Source: Candidatus Latescibacterota bacterium (GTDB lineage: Bacteria > Latescibacterota > UBA2968 > UBA8231). Taken from it: a DNA stretch of 64,000 nucleotides. A program made the translations under genes and the position numbers. The stretch covers positions 1,056,001-1,120,000 of the forward strand of contig OZ241362.1 of the NCBI GenBank assembly GCA_965200315.1, given 5' to 3'. The stretch's first letter is position 1; every line of letters starts with the position of its first letter. Below, piece after piece: positions 27,140 to 37,689 of this stretch. The notes below the pieces were generated by a model. The model searched no databases, was not told where the DNA came from, and saw only the letters and a list, made by a program, of their open reading frames with translations.

Positions 27140-27745
27140 TCACCCACGCAGCACGGCTTGGTGGATTTGCTCGATGTCGATTAAGCGGCAACCCAAGCGG
27201 CGGGCAAAATCCACTAGCTGCTGGCCCTTGGCCATAGAGCCGTCCGCGGCCATCACTTCGGACATCACCGCCGCCGGAAAAAGACCGGCCTGCCGGGCCA
27301 ACTCCACCGCGCCTTCGGTGTGCCCCTGGCGACTGAGCAACCCTTCTGGCCGGGCGGCTAAAGGCAACACGTGTCCAGGGATGACGATATCGTCGGGTCC
27401 GGTGTGCGGCTCAATGGCGCGCCGGATGGACGTAGCGCGATCTTCAGCCGATACGCCGGTTCCAATCCCCTCTAGCGAGTCAAACGGCAGGCCGAAGCGC
27501 GGAGTCGTCCAGTCGGCGTTGTGTGGCTCAATTAAGCCGACGCCGAGCCTCGTTAGATGAGCCTCAGTCGTGGCTAAGTGCAACATGCCCCGCGCCTCTT
27601 TGAGCATTTGATTGATCGCATCACCCGAAACGTATTCCGCGGCCACGATCAGATCGCCTTCGTCTTCGCGCTCCTGCGCATCGACTAAGATCAAAAACTT
27701 CCCGGCGCGAAAATCCGCGATCGCTTCATCTAGCTGACAAAACAT
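27140..27745 (-). CDS. ribB: 3,4-dihydroxy-2-butanone-4-phosphate synthase (RibB)-like protein, divergent
   Basis: EREDEGDL, TGVSAEDR, PGHVLPL, RQGHTEG; several conserved positions are substituted. Confidence 0.75.
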   Translation of the reverse strand: MFCQLDEAIADFRAGKFLILVDAQEREDEGDLIVAAEYVSGDAINQMLKEARGMLHLATTEAHLTRLGVGLIEPHNADWTTPRFGLPFDSLEGIGTGVSAEDRATSIRRAIEPHTGPDDIVIPGHVLPLAARPEGLLSRQGHTEGAVELARQAGLFPAAVMSEVMAADGSMAKGQQLVDFARRLGCRLIDIEQIHQAVLRG

Positions 27746-28867
27746 TTATTCCACCCGGTGCGCCATAAGCACCGCTTCGTCGAGTTCAATTCCCAAGCCG
27801 GGCGCGTCCGGCACCCGGATGTGACCGTCTATTGTGGTTTCTGCCGGACGCACCAACTCGCCGCGCCAATCCACCTCGCCAAACGCGTATTCGAGCACTG
27901 TGAAGTTGGCAACCGTCGCCGCCAAATGCACCCCAGCTATCGTCGATACCGGACCAGCCGGGCTGTGGGGCGCAATCGGCATCTGCGCTATTTCGGCCAG
28001 CGCGGCAATGCGCCGGCATTCGGTAATGCCACCAGCGTGTTTGACATCCGGCATCAGCACATCCACTGCTCCTTGGGCAATATAGGGCCAAAACCCCTCG
28101 CGACCGACGAGCGCCTCGCCACCGGCAATGGTCTGACCCGAGTATAGCCGCAACTGGCGCAGCGCATCGACTTGGGCGCGCGGCACTGGCTCCTCAAACC
28201 AGTAAAGATTGAGCGGACGCACCTTTTCGGCCACCTTAAAGGCCAAGGCCAAGTCAAAGCGCTGATGACAATCCACCAACAACTCGATTTCGTCGCCAAT
28301 GGCCTCTCGCGTCGCCACCAGCCGCGCGATTCCTTGGTCCGCGTCGCGCTCAACTCCACCGCGGTCCATCCGCCGCCAATGCACCTCGTCAAAGGGCGTA
28401 CTCTTGACGGCACCAAAGCCGGCATCGACCGCTCGGCGCGCTGCATCGGCAAACCCCTGTGGGCTGCGGTCGCGGGTGCCGCGATTGAGATTGGCGTACA
28501 AGCGCACGACATCGCGCCGCTTGCCACCCAATAGACGCCAAGCCGGCACCCCGAGCGCCTTGCCAGCCAAATCCCACAGCGCTTGGTCGATTGCGCTCCG
28601 CGCTGTGGCTCCGACGCGGCCGGTATCGCCCGAGAAAATGGCCGATCCCCGCGCCATTCGCTCCCACAACACCTCTACCTGAGTCGGGTCCGCACCCACC
28701 AATCGCGGCCCCAATTGCTCCAACGCGGCCGCGACCAAACCGTCGTTGCCACTCTGGCTCGCTTCGCCCAGCCCGCTCAACCCAGCGTCGGTGTGCAGTT
28801 GGACGAAGAGCCAATTGCCGCGGGGCGACGCCGCCACCGAATGTAATTCTAAATGAGTGATTTTCAC
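27746..28867 (-). CDS. Mandelate racemase/galactonate dehydratase-like enolase-superfamily enzyme
   Basis: SAIDQALWDLAGK, VDCH, WFEEP, GGE, DVKHAGGITE, APHSPAGP. Confidence 0.88.
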   Translation of the reverse strand: MKITHLELHSVAASPRGNWLFVQLHTDAGLSGLGEASQSGNDGLVAAALEQLGPRLVGADPTQVEVLWERMARGSAIFSGDTGRVGATARSAIDQALWDLAGKALGVPAWRLLGGKRRDVVRLYANLNRGTRDRSPQGFADAARRAVDAGFGAVKSTPFDEVHWRRMDRGGVERDADQGIARLVATREAIGDEIELLVDCHQRFDLALAFKVAEKVRPLNLYWFEEPVPRAQVDALRQLRLYSGQTIAGGEALVGREGFWPYIAQGAVDVLMPDVKHAGGITECRRIAALAEIAQMPIAPHSPAGPVSTIAGVHLAATVANFTVLEYAFGEVDWRGELVRPAETTIDGHIRVPDAPGLGIELDEAVLMAHRVE

Positions 28868-29006
28868 CTAATCTCTCCAGCTTAAAACTGCGTCCTCAGA
28901 AAACATAAAGAAGAGACGGTCTAGCCGCTACGAGCAGAGAGGTTCACGCGGTTCAACTAAGTCGTTATGTTTTTAATCCGCTCCCTCTTTCCCCGGAGGT
29001 GAAAGC

Positions 29007-31256
29007 ATGGATCTTTTCGACGCCGGACTGCGAGATCGCCAAGCGGCGGACCAACCCCTAGCCGCTCGCCTGCGGCCGCGCACCTTAGACGAATACGTCG
29101 GCCAAGACCACATTCTCGGGCCGGGCCGCCTGCTGAGGCGCGCCATTGAGGCCGACCAGCTTTCCTCGCTGATTTTCTACGGCCCGCCCGGCACGGGCAA
29201 AACCACGCTCGCCGCGGTCATCGCCCACACCACCCGCGCCCATTTTATCTCTATCAACGCCGTCTTAGCCGGGGTCGCCGATATTCGCCAAGCCGTCGAT
29301 GAGGCCGGCCAGTTGCGCAAGCTGCACAGCCGCAAAACCATCCTCTTCATCGACGAGGTCCACCGCTTCAACAAGGCCCAGCAAGACGCGCTCCTGCCTT
29401 GGGTCGAAAACGGCACCATCATCCTCATCGGCGCGACCACCGAGAACCCCTACTTCTCGGTCAATCGCCCTCTGCTCTCGCGCAGCCGGGTTTTTCAGCT
29501 CCAAGGCCTTAGTTGCGAAGCCCTCGGGCACATCGCCCAACAGGCACTTACCGACTCGCGCGGCTACGGCCATCTCCGCGTCGTTCTGCACCCCGACGCC
29601 CGCGCCCACCTGATCGACGTGGCCAACGGCGACGCCCGCGCCTTGCTCAACGCCTTGGAGCTAGCGGTCGAAACCACCGAGCCAGACACTCAAGGGCGAA
29701 TCGCCATCGACCTAGCGGTGGCCGAGGAGTCCATCCAGCGTCGTGCCCTGCTCTACGACAAGGAGGGCGACTACCACTTCGATGCCATCAGTGCCTTTAT
29801 CAAGTCCATGCGCGGCTCAGACCCCGACGCTGCCCTCTACTGGCTGGCGCGGATGGTGTACGCCGGCGAAGACCCGCGCTTTCTCTTCCGCCGCATGCTC
29901 ATCTTCGCCAGCGAGGACATTGGCCTCGCCGACGAGCGTGCCCTCCAAGTCGTCCTAGCCGCGGCTGAATCCTTCGACCGCATCGGCCTGCCCGAGGGGC
30001 GCTTCCCTTTGGCCCACGCCGCCTTGTATTTGGCCACCGCGCCCAAGAGCAATTCGACTATGGCCTTCTTCGACTCGCTAGCGGTTGTGGAAAAAGAGCG
30101 CGAAGGCGAGGTGCCCACCCACCTCAAGGACGCCAGCCGCGACAGCGAGGGCTTTGGCCACGGTGCCGGCTATCTCTACCCCCACGCCTACCGAGAGCAC
30201 TGGGTTGCCCAGCAGTACCTACCCGCCGATCTACAGGGCCGCATCTTCTACCAGCCATCGGATCAAGGCCGAGAAAAAGACCTCGGCGACCGCGTCCGCC
30301 AACGCCGCGAGCTACAGCTCGCCGCCATGCGCGAAGCAGAGTCCGCCCCGGCTGAGGTGCTGTCCCTGTCTCCGCCTGACCAAGCGCGCGACCAGTGGCT
30401 CAAGCGCACCAGCGGCGACGTTAGCGCCCAGCTAGAGCGCACTCGCCAACGCCTCTTCGCCCCGCTTGCGCTCGCGCGCCACCACCTCGTCCTCGACTTG
30501 GAGGCCGGAACGGGCCTGCTCACCTGGGAGGCCCTGCGGCGCGTACCCGAAGGGGGCGTCTGGGCACATACCAGCGACAAGATCGCGGCCGTAGCCCTGC
30601 ACGAAACCGCTACCCACCTAGCCGAGGTTGAGCGTCCCCAAGTCCTACAAGGACCGCTGGCCACCCTAGCCGACCAGCTTGCCAGCCACAATCCCGACAT
30701 CCTCTTTGACGCCATCGTCGGGCGCAACGCCATCGGCGCGCTAGCGCACAAGGAAGAATTCATAGCAACTCTGCATCGCTACCTCGCCCCACAAAGCCGC
30801 GTCAGCTTGGTCGAGACCCTCTCTCGCCGGTCGCAGCGCTTGTATCAGTTGCTCGACTTACAGCAACTCGGCGGCCTAGGCGAGCACCTCGTCGCCGCCG
30901 AAGAGGCCATCTACGCCGCGCCCGACAACCCGCGAGTCAACTGGGACGTCGCGGATCTCGAACAAATGTTCGCGGTCGCGGGCTTCGGCGCGGTGCAGGT
31001 GCGGGTGGAAGCAGTCCAGTCGCAGCGCCACATCGAGCCGCGCCATATAGCACACTGGTTCAATCTCGGCGGCGAAAAGCGACACACCTACGCCCACCAT
31101 CTGACCCAGCATCTCGACGCCGACGAACTGCGGCAGGTGCGCAGGTTCTTCGAGCAGAGCTTGGCCAACCACGCAGTGACTTGGACGACGCCTCAGGTAT
31201 TTATCGCAGCTAAAAAGCGGCAAGGGAATGATGCAGATGCAGCACCCAAGAATTGA
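29007..31256 (+). CDS. rarA: RarA/MgsA AAA+ ATPase with C-terminal SAM-methyltransferase-like domain
   Basis: [48 protein letters not shown]; extra domain [14 protein letters not shown]. Confidence 0.9.
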   Translation: MDLFDAGLRDRQAADQPLAARLRPRTLDEYVGQDHILGPGRLLRRAIEADQLSSLIFYGPPGTGKTTLAAVIAHTTRAHFISINAVLAGVADIRQAVDEAGQLRKLHSRKTILFIDEVHRFNKAQQDALLPWVENGTIILIGATTENPYFSVNRPLLSRSRVFQLQGLSCEALGHIAQQALTDSRGYGHLRVVLHPDARAHLIDVANGDARALLNALELAVETTEPDTQGRIAIDLAVAEESIQRRALLYDKEGDYHFDAISAFIKSMRGSDPDAALYWLARMVYAGEDPRFLFRRMLIFASEDIGLADERALQVVLAAAESFDRIGLPEGRFPLAHAALYLATAPKSNSTMAFFDSLAVVEKEREGEVPTHLKDASRDSEGFGHGAGYLYPHAYREHWVAQQYLPADLQGRIFYQPSDQGREKDLGDRVRQRRELQLAAMREAESAPAEVLSLSPPDQARDQWLKRTSGDVSAQLERTRQRLFAPLALARHHLVLDLEAGTGLLTWEALRRVPEGGVWAHTSDKIAAVALHETATHLAEVERPQVLQGPLATLADQLASHNPDILFDAIVGRNAIGALAHKEEFIATLHRYLAPQSRVSLVETLSRRSQRLYQLLDLQQLGGLGEHLVAAEEAIYAAPDNPRVNWDVADLEQMFAVAGFGAVQVRVEAVQSQRHIEPRHIAHWFNLGGEKRHTYAHHLTQHLDADELRQVRRFFEQSLANHAVTWTTPQVFIAAKKRQGNDADAAPKN

Positions 31257-31316
31257 TTTATGACGGCTCACGGCTTACCTTATCCGCATTTGGCCACCCC
31301 TAACCCACCATAGACC

Positions 31317-32531
31317 ATGATTGTCAAGTGCCTAACCTGTCTGCTTCTACTGAGTCTCAGCGCCTGTAGCACTACCGAGGAGCAGGTCGTCGAACTCCTA
31401 GAACAGCTAGCCGCCAATCCGGTTGATTCGCCGGCCTATCAGCAATCCATCGACGAATTGGCCGCCATTGGTCGGCCCGCCGCCCGCCAGCTCATCGCCC
31501 GCCTCAACCCCGACTTGTACCTCGGCGAGAACTACCGAGAGTTCCGCGACGAACAGGAAAAGCTCCGCGTCGGCTGTGCCCGAGCGCTGGGCCACATCAA
31601 GCCGCGCGGGGCCACGGCCGCGCTCAAGGATCGGATCACAACCGCGTACACCGACCGCGAGCGCATCGCCTGCCTGTGGGCCATGGGCCAAGTCGGCTAC
31701 GTCCAAGCGGGCGTAGATGCGGCCAAGGGCCAGCTCGAAGACGACGATCCCATCATCCGCATCCACGCGGCCATTGCCCTGCTCAAGATGGACGACGAGC
31801 TTGGCACCAGTGAAATCGAAGCGGCCCTAGCCAGCAGCGACCCGGAATTGGCCCAAACCGCCCTGCAAGGGTTAGAGGAATCCGGCTACTTCGGCGTCCC
31901 GCTGCTCGTGGTACTAAGCGGCCGCGCCGGTCCTCACCAAGCCGCGCTGCGCTCGGTGGTAGCCAAGGTCAAAGACCAACTCATCATTCAGCTAGAGGCC
32001 GAAGAGCCAGTCCACCGCCAGCGCGCCGCGCAAGCCCTCGGCTACATCGGCGACGAAGGCGCAGCGGCCGCCCTAGCCGACCTGCTCGAAGACCCCAGCA
32101 ATCAGGTGCGCTTTAGCACGGCTGCCGCCTTGGCCACCATGGAGAGCAGCCGAGGCATTGAGTTCCTCTTTGAGGCCCTGCGCAACACCGACTCCATCCT
32201 CCGCGCCAATGCCGTCAAGTTTCTCACCAATGTCCAGCAACAATCCGGCGCAGTCGAAGCGCAACTCATAGCTGCCCTCAACGACGAGGATCCGCTCGCC
32301 CGCGCCGGCGCAGCACAAGTCTTGGGCCAAGCGCGCGTGCAATCCGCCCTCAGCGCCCTACTGGCGGCCACCGCGGACGAGGTCGCCGATGTACGCGCCA
32401 ATGCCGTCATTGCCCTCGGCCACATCGGCGGCGACCAAAGCCGCGCCCTGCTCGAAAAATTGCGCCACGATAGCGACGCCACCGTTTCCTACTACGCCGA
32501 GTGGGCCTTAGGTCAGCTCGGATCGAGTTGA
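31317..32531 (+). CDS. HEAT-repeat lipoprotein
   Basis: Lipobox LSAC; repeated L.D.D..VR..AA.ALG units. Confidence 0.85.
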   Translation: MIVKCLTCLLLLSLSACSTTEEQVVELLEQLAANPVDSPAYQQSIDELAAIGRPAARQLIARLNPDLYLGENYREFRDEQEKLRVGCARALGHIKPRGATAALKDRITTAYTDRERIACLWAMGQVGYVQAGVDAAKGQLEDDDPIIRIHAAIALLKMDDELGTSEIEAALASSDPELAQTALQGLEESGYFGVPLLVVLSGRAGPHQAALRSVVAKVKDQLIIQLEAEEPVHRQRAAQALGYIGDEGAAAALADLLEDPSNQVRFSTAAALATMESSRGIEFLFEALRNTDSILRANAVKFLTNVQQQSGAVEAQLIAALNDEDPLARAGAAQVLGQARVQSALSALLAATADEVADVRANAVIALGHIGGDQSRALLEKLRHDSDATVSYYAEWALGQLGSS

Positions 32532-32554
32532 CCCTAACCCCCCTTTTTAGCGCC

Positions 32555-33469
32555 ATGCAAAATGCAATCTACCTGTTGTTCGTCCTCTTGGCCCTGCCGC
32601 CGTTTGTCGCGCCCAGCCGCGCCGGCGAAACGCCCGAGACCCTCCTCATCCGCCAAGCCCTTGCCAACGACATCTCCGGGTATCGCCGGGCCGATGCCGA
32701 GCTAGCCCTCAAGGCGTACCACCCGCATTTCGTCGCCTATGAAGGCCACGCCAACGGCGACCCTCGCGCTTGGACGATCCTGCATGAAAACCAAGATGCA
32801 TTCGCCAGCCAGCTAGCGGAGGATCTCAGCGCTCAGCGCTACGAGGTCACGCGCACGGTCCCCTTTATCGCGGTGCGCACCACCCACGCCATTGCCACCA
32901 GCGTGGATTCCGGGCGCGTCGTCGATCGCCAGACCAGCGAGGCCACGCCGGTTGTCGTCCACCGCTTCTGGACTTTTCTCAAGGAAGAGGACGATTGGCT
33001 GGCCACAGGCATGGTCGCGGATTTGGGCGACACGCTCTTGCCTGCGGCTGGCACCCCCGCCAACAGCGAGGTCGCCGAATTATTGCAGCGCGAAAGCCAA
33101 GCGTGGGAAGCCGGCAGCGGCATCCTCGGCTTCTTCGACGCCAACTTCACCGGCTACGAGGCCCTCGGCGCTTTCAAGCCAGCCTCCTACAAAATCGCCT
33201 TCAGCGGCAGCGAGGAACTGGAAAAGTGGCTCGACAAGCGACTGCCCTACGTGCAGTACGACCTCGACCGCAAAGTGCTCCACACGGACATTGGCCCTGC
33301 CGGTGACGAAGCATTGGCTGTCACGCACGAAAAAGTGGCCGTCGAGCACGTCAAAGGGCCAGCCAAACACCACAAGGAACGCTACGTGTTCTGGACGTTG
33401 AGCCGTCGCTCTGGCTCGTGGAAGATCACCAATATGGTCTTCAACTTGGGGCTGGAACCTTCCGACTAA
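32555..33469 (+). CDS. Secreted protein with two NTF2/SnoaL-like domains
   Basis: Signal peptide; two halves ending FWTFLKEEDDWLAT and FWTLSRRSGSWKIT. Confidence 0.65.
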   Translation: MQNAIYLLFVLLALPPFVAPSRAGETPETLLIRQALANDISGYRRADAELALKAYHPHFVAYEGHANGDPRAWTILHENQDAFASQLAEDLSAQRYEVTRTVPFIAVRTTHAIATSVDSGRVVDRQTSEATPVVVHRFWTFLKEEDDWLATGMVADLGDTLLPAAGTPANSEVAELLQRESQAWEAGSGILGFFDANFTGYEALGAFKPASYKIAFSGSEELEKWLDKRLPYVQYDLDRKVLHTDIGPAGDEALAVTHEKVAVEHVKGPAKHHKERYVFWTLSRRSGSWKITNMVFNLGLEPSD

Positions 33470-33472
33470 CTC

Positions 33473-35344
33473 ATGGAAAAACTGGTCTGGCTACTCCTCT
33501 TTACCGTCGGCTACTGGTCGTACTGCATCTTCTGGGGAGTCAAAGGCGCCCGCCAGTCTAAGACGGCCTCGGATTACTTTATTGCTGGCCGCGGCATTGG
33601 CCTATGGGTCTTCGTGCTGGCCGCCACCGCCACCTCTTTTAGCGGCTGGACTTTTGTCGGCCATCCCGGCACCATCTACAACGTCGGCCTGCCCTATGCC
33701 TTTGCCTCCTTCTACGCCATCACCATCCCCTTCACCGGGGTGTTGTTCCTCAAGCGACAGTGGCTTTTGGGCCAGCGCTTTGGCTATATCACGCCGGGCG
33801 AGATGTTCAGCGACTACTACCGCACTGACGCGATGCGCTTCCTCACCGTCATCGTCGCGCTCGTCTTCAGCGTACCCTATCTCGGAATCCAGCTCAAGGC
33901 ATCGGGCCTGCTTTTCAATCGCCTGACGACCGGCACGCCGCTGGAGGGCAGCTTCATCGGCTCTGTCGAGGGTGGGGCCATTGCACTTTCGGTCATCGTC
34001 TTTATCTACGTAGCATCGGGCGGGTTGCGTTCGGTCGCCTACGTGGACTGCGCCCAGTGCATCCTCTTGGCGTTCGGCATCGTCGTCCTCGGCTTTATTG
34101 CCCTCGACTTGGTCGGTGGCTGGACGGCCTTCAAGGGGGGGTTGGCCGGCCTCGCCGAGCAAAAGCCCGACATGGTCGCCATTCCGACCCGACCGGAGTC
34201 AGACTCTTTTCTAGAGCGAGCCGGCACCCTGTTTTTCGACTCCCAAGGCGGTCCTTGGACCGGCCTGATGATCCTGACCTATATGTTTGCCTTGATGGGT
34301 ATCCAGTCGGCTCCGGCTTTTTCGATGTGGGCTTTTGCCAACCGCGACCCTCGGCCTTTTCCCTGGCAACAGGTTTTCGCCTCTTCGCTGGTCATTGGCG
34401 GCATCTTGTTCTTTTTTACGGCCTTTCAAGGCTTAGGCGTCCGGCTGCTCGATATGGAACTGGTCCCAGGGACTAAACCCCTCGGCCTGCCCGCATCCGA
34501 CCACTTGATTCCCTACCTGATCGACACCTTAGCCGACAGCTTTCCTTTCCTCTTGGGGCTTTTGGCCGTTTGCGCGCTAGCCGCGATGCAATCGACCGGA
34601 GCCGCCTATATGTCCACGGCCAGCGGCATTATCACCCGCGATCTCTACCGCCATTTCTTCAACAAAGAAGCATCGCACTCGGCCCAAGTCTTTGTCGGTC
34701 GCTTGAGCGTGGCCATCGTCGTCAGCCTAGCCCTGCTAGTCGGACTAGCTTCCGGCGACCTGCTCGTCTTGCTGGGGGGGTTGGCCGTTTCTTATGGGTT
34801 CCAGATGTGGCCGGCGCTTTTAGGCATCTGTTACATCCGCTTTTTTACCCCCAAGGCCATCGTCGCCGGACTCATCGGCGGACTCATCGCCGTTACCTTC
34901 ACCTATATAACCGAGCTCGGCGGACTCATCGGCATTGGTCGCTATCCGCTCACACTCCACAGCGCCGGTTGGGGCATCCTCTTTAATATGGGCATTGTCG
35001 TTGTCGTCAGTTTGTTCACCCAGCCCAAGGAAGCCAACCATCTGGCCCACCGCGATCGCTACCACCACTTCCTCCAAGCGCACACGGCCCTACCTGAAGC
35101 CAAAAAGAAGTGGAAAACGCCAGTCTGGATTCTGACGATAGTTTGGTTCCTCTGCGCCATCGGCCCCTTTGCCGTCTTAGGCAATCAAACCGATCCCGTC
35201 CATTGGCCCTTGGGCATCCCCACGCTGTGGATATGGCAGATAGCCTGGTGGATCATCGGCTGTTTTATGATGTATTTGTTGGCCTTTAAGCTGGAAATGT
35301 CCACCGTCCCCACCAGCGAGGTCGACTCGCCACAAGACGCCTGA
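33473..35344 (+). CDS. Sodium:solute symporter
   Basis: DYFIAGR, ATSFSGWTFVGHPG, GGLRSVAYVD, AAMQST; many TM segments. Confidence 0.9.
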   Translation: MEKLVWLLLFTVGYWSYCIFWGVKGARQSKTASDYFIAGRGIGLWVFVLAATATSFSGWTFVGHPGTIYNVGLPYAFASFYAITIPFTGVLFLKRQWLLGQRFGYITPGEMFSDYYRTDAMRFLTVIVALVFSVPYLGIQLKASGLLFNRLTTGTPLEGSFIGSVEGGAIALSVIVFIYVASGGLRSVAYVDCAQCILLAFGIVVLGFIALDLVGGWTAFKGGLAGLAEQKPDMVAIPTRPESDSFLERAGTLFFDSQGGPWTGLMILTYMFALMGIQSAPAFSMWAFANRDPRPFPWQQVFASSLVIGGILFFFTAFQGLGVRLLDMELVPGTKPLGLPASDHLIPYLIDTLADSFPFLLGLLAVCALAAMQSTGAAYMSTASGIITRDLYRHFFNKEASHSAQVFVGRLSVAIVVSLALLVGLASGDLLVLLGGLAVSYGFQMWPALLGICYIRFFTPKAIVAGLIGGLIAVTFTYITELGGLIGIGRYPLTLHSAGWGILFNMGIVVVVSLFTQPKEANHLAHRDRYHHFLQAHTALPEAKKKWKTPVWILTIVWFLCAIGPFAVLGNQTDPVHWPLGIPTLWIWQIAWWIIGCFMMYLLAFKLEMSTVPTSEVDSPQDA

Positions 35345-35445
35345 GAAGCCCTCTTAACACTCCTGTCAAACCACTCTGTGGGGCGGTCGAACATCTTGCG
35401 TATCCCGCGTTTTTCGCGGGCGAGACACCCTCGATCCCGGCGGCT

Positions 35446-37188
35446 ATGAACCGAGTCAGAGACCAAAATCCTAGTTTTAAGACGGCTTCTCAGGTGCGCT
35501 CCACCTTCCCTGTTCTCCGCTTGGTGCTAGCGCTGAGCGCGGCCCTGCTCGGTGCGCTGCTCCTGCCCGATCGAGACGCAACGAGTGGGCTAAGCCTCTT
35601 TCCACCCGCCGCGGCCATCCTCGTCGCAGTCGCCACCGGCCGCCTGATCTTGGGGTTAGGGTTGGCCATCGTCGGCGGTGCGTTCATTTCCCTGCCGCCA
35701 GACGTCCCCCTCTACGCGATCCCGTTGCGCGGCTTAGAGCGCGCCCTCATAGACTTTGTTTGGGCTCCGCTGCGCGACTCCTTCCAGCTCTTCATCCTCG
35801 GATTTACGGCCTCGCTCATCGGCATGGTGCGCGTCATCTCGCTGGCTGGCGGCACTCGCGGCATCGCCGAATTGTTGGTCGCCCGCGCCGCGGGTGTGCG
35901 CTCGGCCCGGCTGGCCACCGCACTATTGGGGCTGGCGGTCTTTTTCGACGATTACGCCAACACGCTCGTCGTCGGCACCACCATGCGCCCCATTGCCGAT
36001 CGCTTTCGCATCTCGCGTGAAAAGCTGGCCTTTCTCGTGGATTCTACGGCCGCCCCCGTGGCCGGCATTGCCGTCGTCAGCACTTGGATCGGCTTTGAGG
36101 TGGGCCTGTTCGACAGCGCGATGGAGCAAGTCGGCGCGGGGATTTCTGGCTATGAACTGTTCTTCCGCGCTTTGCCGGGCCGCTTCTACTGCCTGCTAAC
36201 CCTCGCCTTTGTGCTGTGCTCCACCGTCGCCGGCCGCGATTTTGGCCCCATGCTCAAAGCCGAGCGCCGCGCCCGGCGAACGGGTCAAGTCCTCGCCCCG
36301 GGAGACCGCCCGATGACCGGCGACGCATCCCAACTCCCCGAGCACCCTGGCCTTCGCGCCCATTGGGCCGTGGCCGCAAGTCCTGTCCTCCTCGTGGTCG
36401 CTGGCGTACTCGGCGGGATGCACCTAGACGCCAGCCAAGCCCCGGCCGTGGTGGCAGCCCGCGCCGAACACGGCTTTTTCGCCCGGCTCTACTGGACACA
36501 AGTTTTCGCCCACTCCGACGGCGCCAAAGTGATGTTCCTATCCGCCTTAGCTGGCTCGGTACTGGCCGCAATTTTGGCCCTAACCCGCCGCGAAGAAGCA
36601 AGCCCCAAACGCCCGCTCGGGCTCGTGGAAGTCTGCAAGACTTGGGCAAGCGGCATTACGGGCTTTTCCTATGCGCTGGTGATATTGATCTTGGCTTGGG
36701 CGATCAAGGAAACCTGCGAGGCCGTCGGGACTTCGGCCTATATCATCGGTGCGCTCTCCGGCTTTCTCGACCCGCACTTCCTCCCCCTCCTCGTCTTTCT
36801 ACTCGCCGCGGTGGTCGCCTTTTCCATCGGCACCTCGTGGACGACGATGGCCGTACTGTTGCCTACCATGGTCCCAGTAGCCTACGACTTGGGCGGCTTG
36901 GCACTGACGGTCCTCGTGGCCGCTGCCGTATTAGACGGCGCGATCTTCGGCGACCATTGCTCCCCCATCAGCGACACTACGGTTCTTTCCAGCATTGCCG
37001 CGGCCTGCAACCACTTAGCCCACGTTCGCACCCAGATACCCTACGCCCTGACGACGATGACGATCGCCGGGCTGTGCGGCTACTTGGGCAGCACTCTGCT
37101 GTGGTCGCCGACCACTGGCTTGGTCGTGGGGCTGTGCCTAGTTGTCGTGGTGATCTTTACTGTGGGAAGAAAAACGGATGCCGACTGA
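35446..37188 (+). CDS. Na+/H+ antiporter NhaC-family transporter
   Basis: FFDDYAN, SREKLAFLVDSTAAP, GTSWTT, GAIFGDHCSPISDTT, HVRTQIPYA. Confidence 0.9.
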   Translation: MNRVRDQNPSFKTASQVRSTFPVLRLVLALSAALLGALLLPDRDATSGLSLFPPAAAILVAVATGRLILGLGLAIVGGAFISLPPDVPLYAIPLRGLERALIDFVWAPLRDSFQLFILGFTASLIGMVRVISLAGGTRGIAELLVARAAGVRSARLATALLGLAVFFDDYANTLVVGTTMRPIADRFRISREKLAFLVDSTAAPVAGIAVVSTWIGFEVGLFDSAMEQVGAGISGYELFFRALPGRFYCLLTLAFVLCSTVAGRDFGPMLKAERRARRTGQVLAPGDRPMTGDASQLPEHPGLRAHWAVAASPVLLVVAGVLGGMHLDASQAPAVVAARAEHGFFARLYWTQVFAHSDGAKVMFLSALAGSVLAAILALTRREEASPKRPLGLVEVCKTWASGITGFSYALVILILAWAIKETCEAVGTSAYIIGALSGFLDPHFLPLLVFLLAAVVAFSIGTSWTTMAVLLPTMVPVAYDLGGLALTVLVAAAVLDGAIFGDHCSPISDTTVLSSIAAACNHLAHVRTQIPYALTTMTIAGLCGYLGSTLLWSPTTGLVVGLCLVVVVIFTVGRKTDAD

Positions 37189-37689
37189 CTACCACCCCGC
37201 CGTCGTCCGATCCACCAATTCCTCTAACACCATGCCCAGTGCCCGCTCCACCGCTGGATCCCGCCCCTCCTCCTCGGTCGCCGCGGCATCGTAGGTTCCC
37301 CAACCCTCTAGCTCGGCCAACGCCAACAGCACCTCCCCATCCTCCACCCTCACCAACTCGGCTGCCACCAAGACCGCAAACCGGTATTGCTCGGTCTGCT
37401 CGGCCGTCGTATAGGTATCGGGGCGGTCCTCAATCGAGATCACGTTGAGCTGCAAGAGGGCATCGGCGCTTTCTTCATCAACCACTCGCAACTGGCCATC
37501 CTCGGTGTAGAGAGAATCGGCGAGTTCAGTCAGGCGCTCGGCCACGGCAAAGTCCGAGATCTGGTTGTCGGCCACGGGGATGCCAATGCTGCGGATGCCG
37601 CCCAGCAGGCCGCCGGAGGTCGAGTAATAAGCGCATCCGCCAATGCAGAACGCGGCCAGCACAGCTCTAATCGTCTGACTTGCTCGCAT
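37189..37689 (-). CDS. lptE: LptE-family LPS assembly lipoprotein
   Basis: Likely start MRASQTIRAVLAAFCIGGC (lipobox); IRSIGIPVADN...ADALLQ...; the longer ORF in the track is a by-product of the tandem repeat. Confidence 0.7.
   Translation of the reverse strand: MRASQTIRAVLAAFCIGGCAYYSTSGGLLGGIRSIGIPVADNQISDFAVAERLTELADSLYTEDGQLRVVDEESADALLQLNVISIEDRPDTYTTAEQTEQYRFAVLVAAELVRVEDGEVLLALAELEGWGTYDAAATEEEGRDPAVERALGMVLEELVDRTTAGW

Noticed and set aside
36216-37448. 410-aa Arg/Pro-rich plus-strand ORF
   Set aside because: Off-frame overlap with nhaC and lptE; composition typical of a spurious frame
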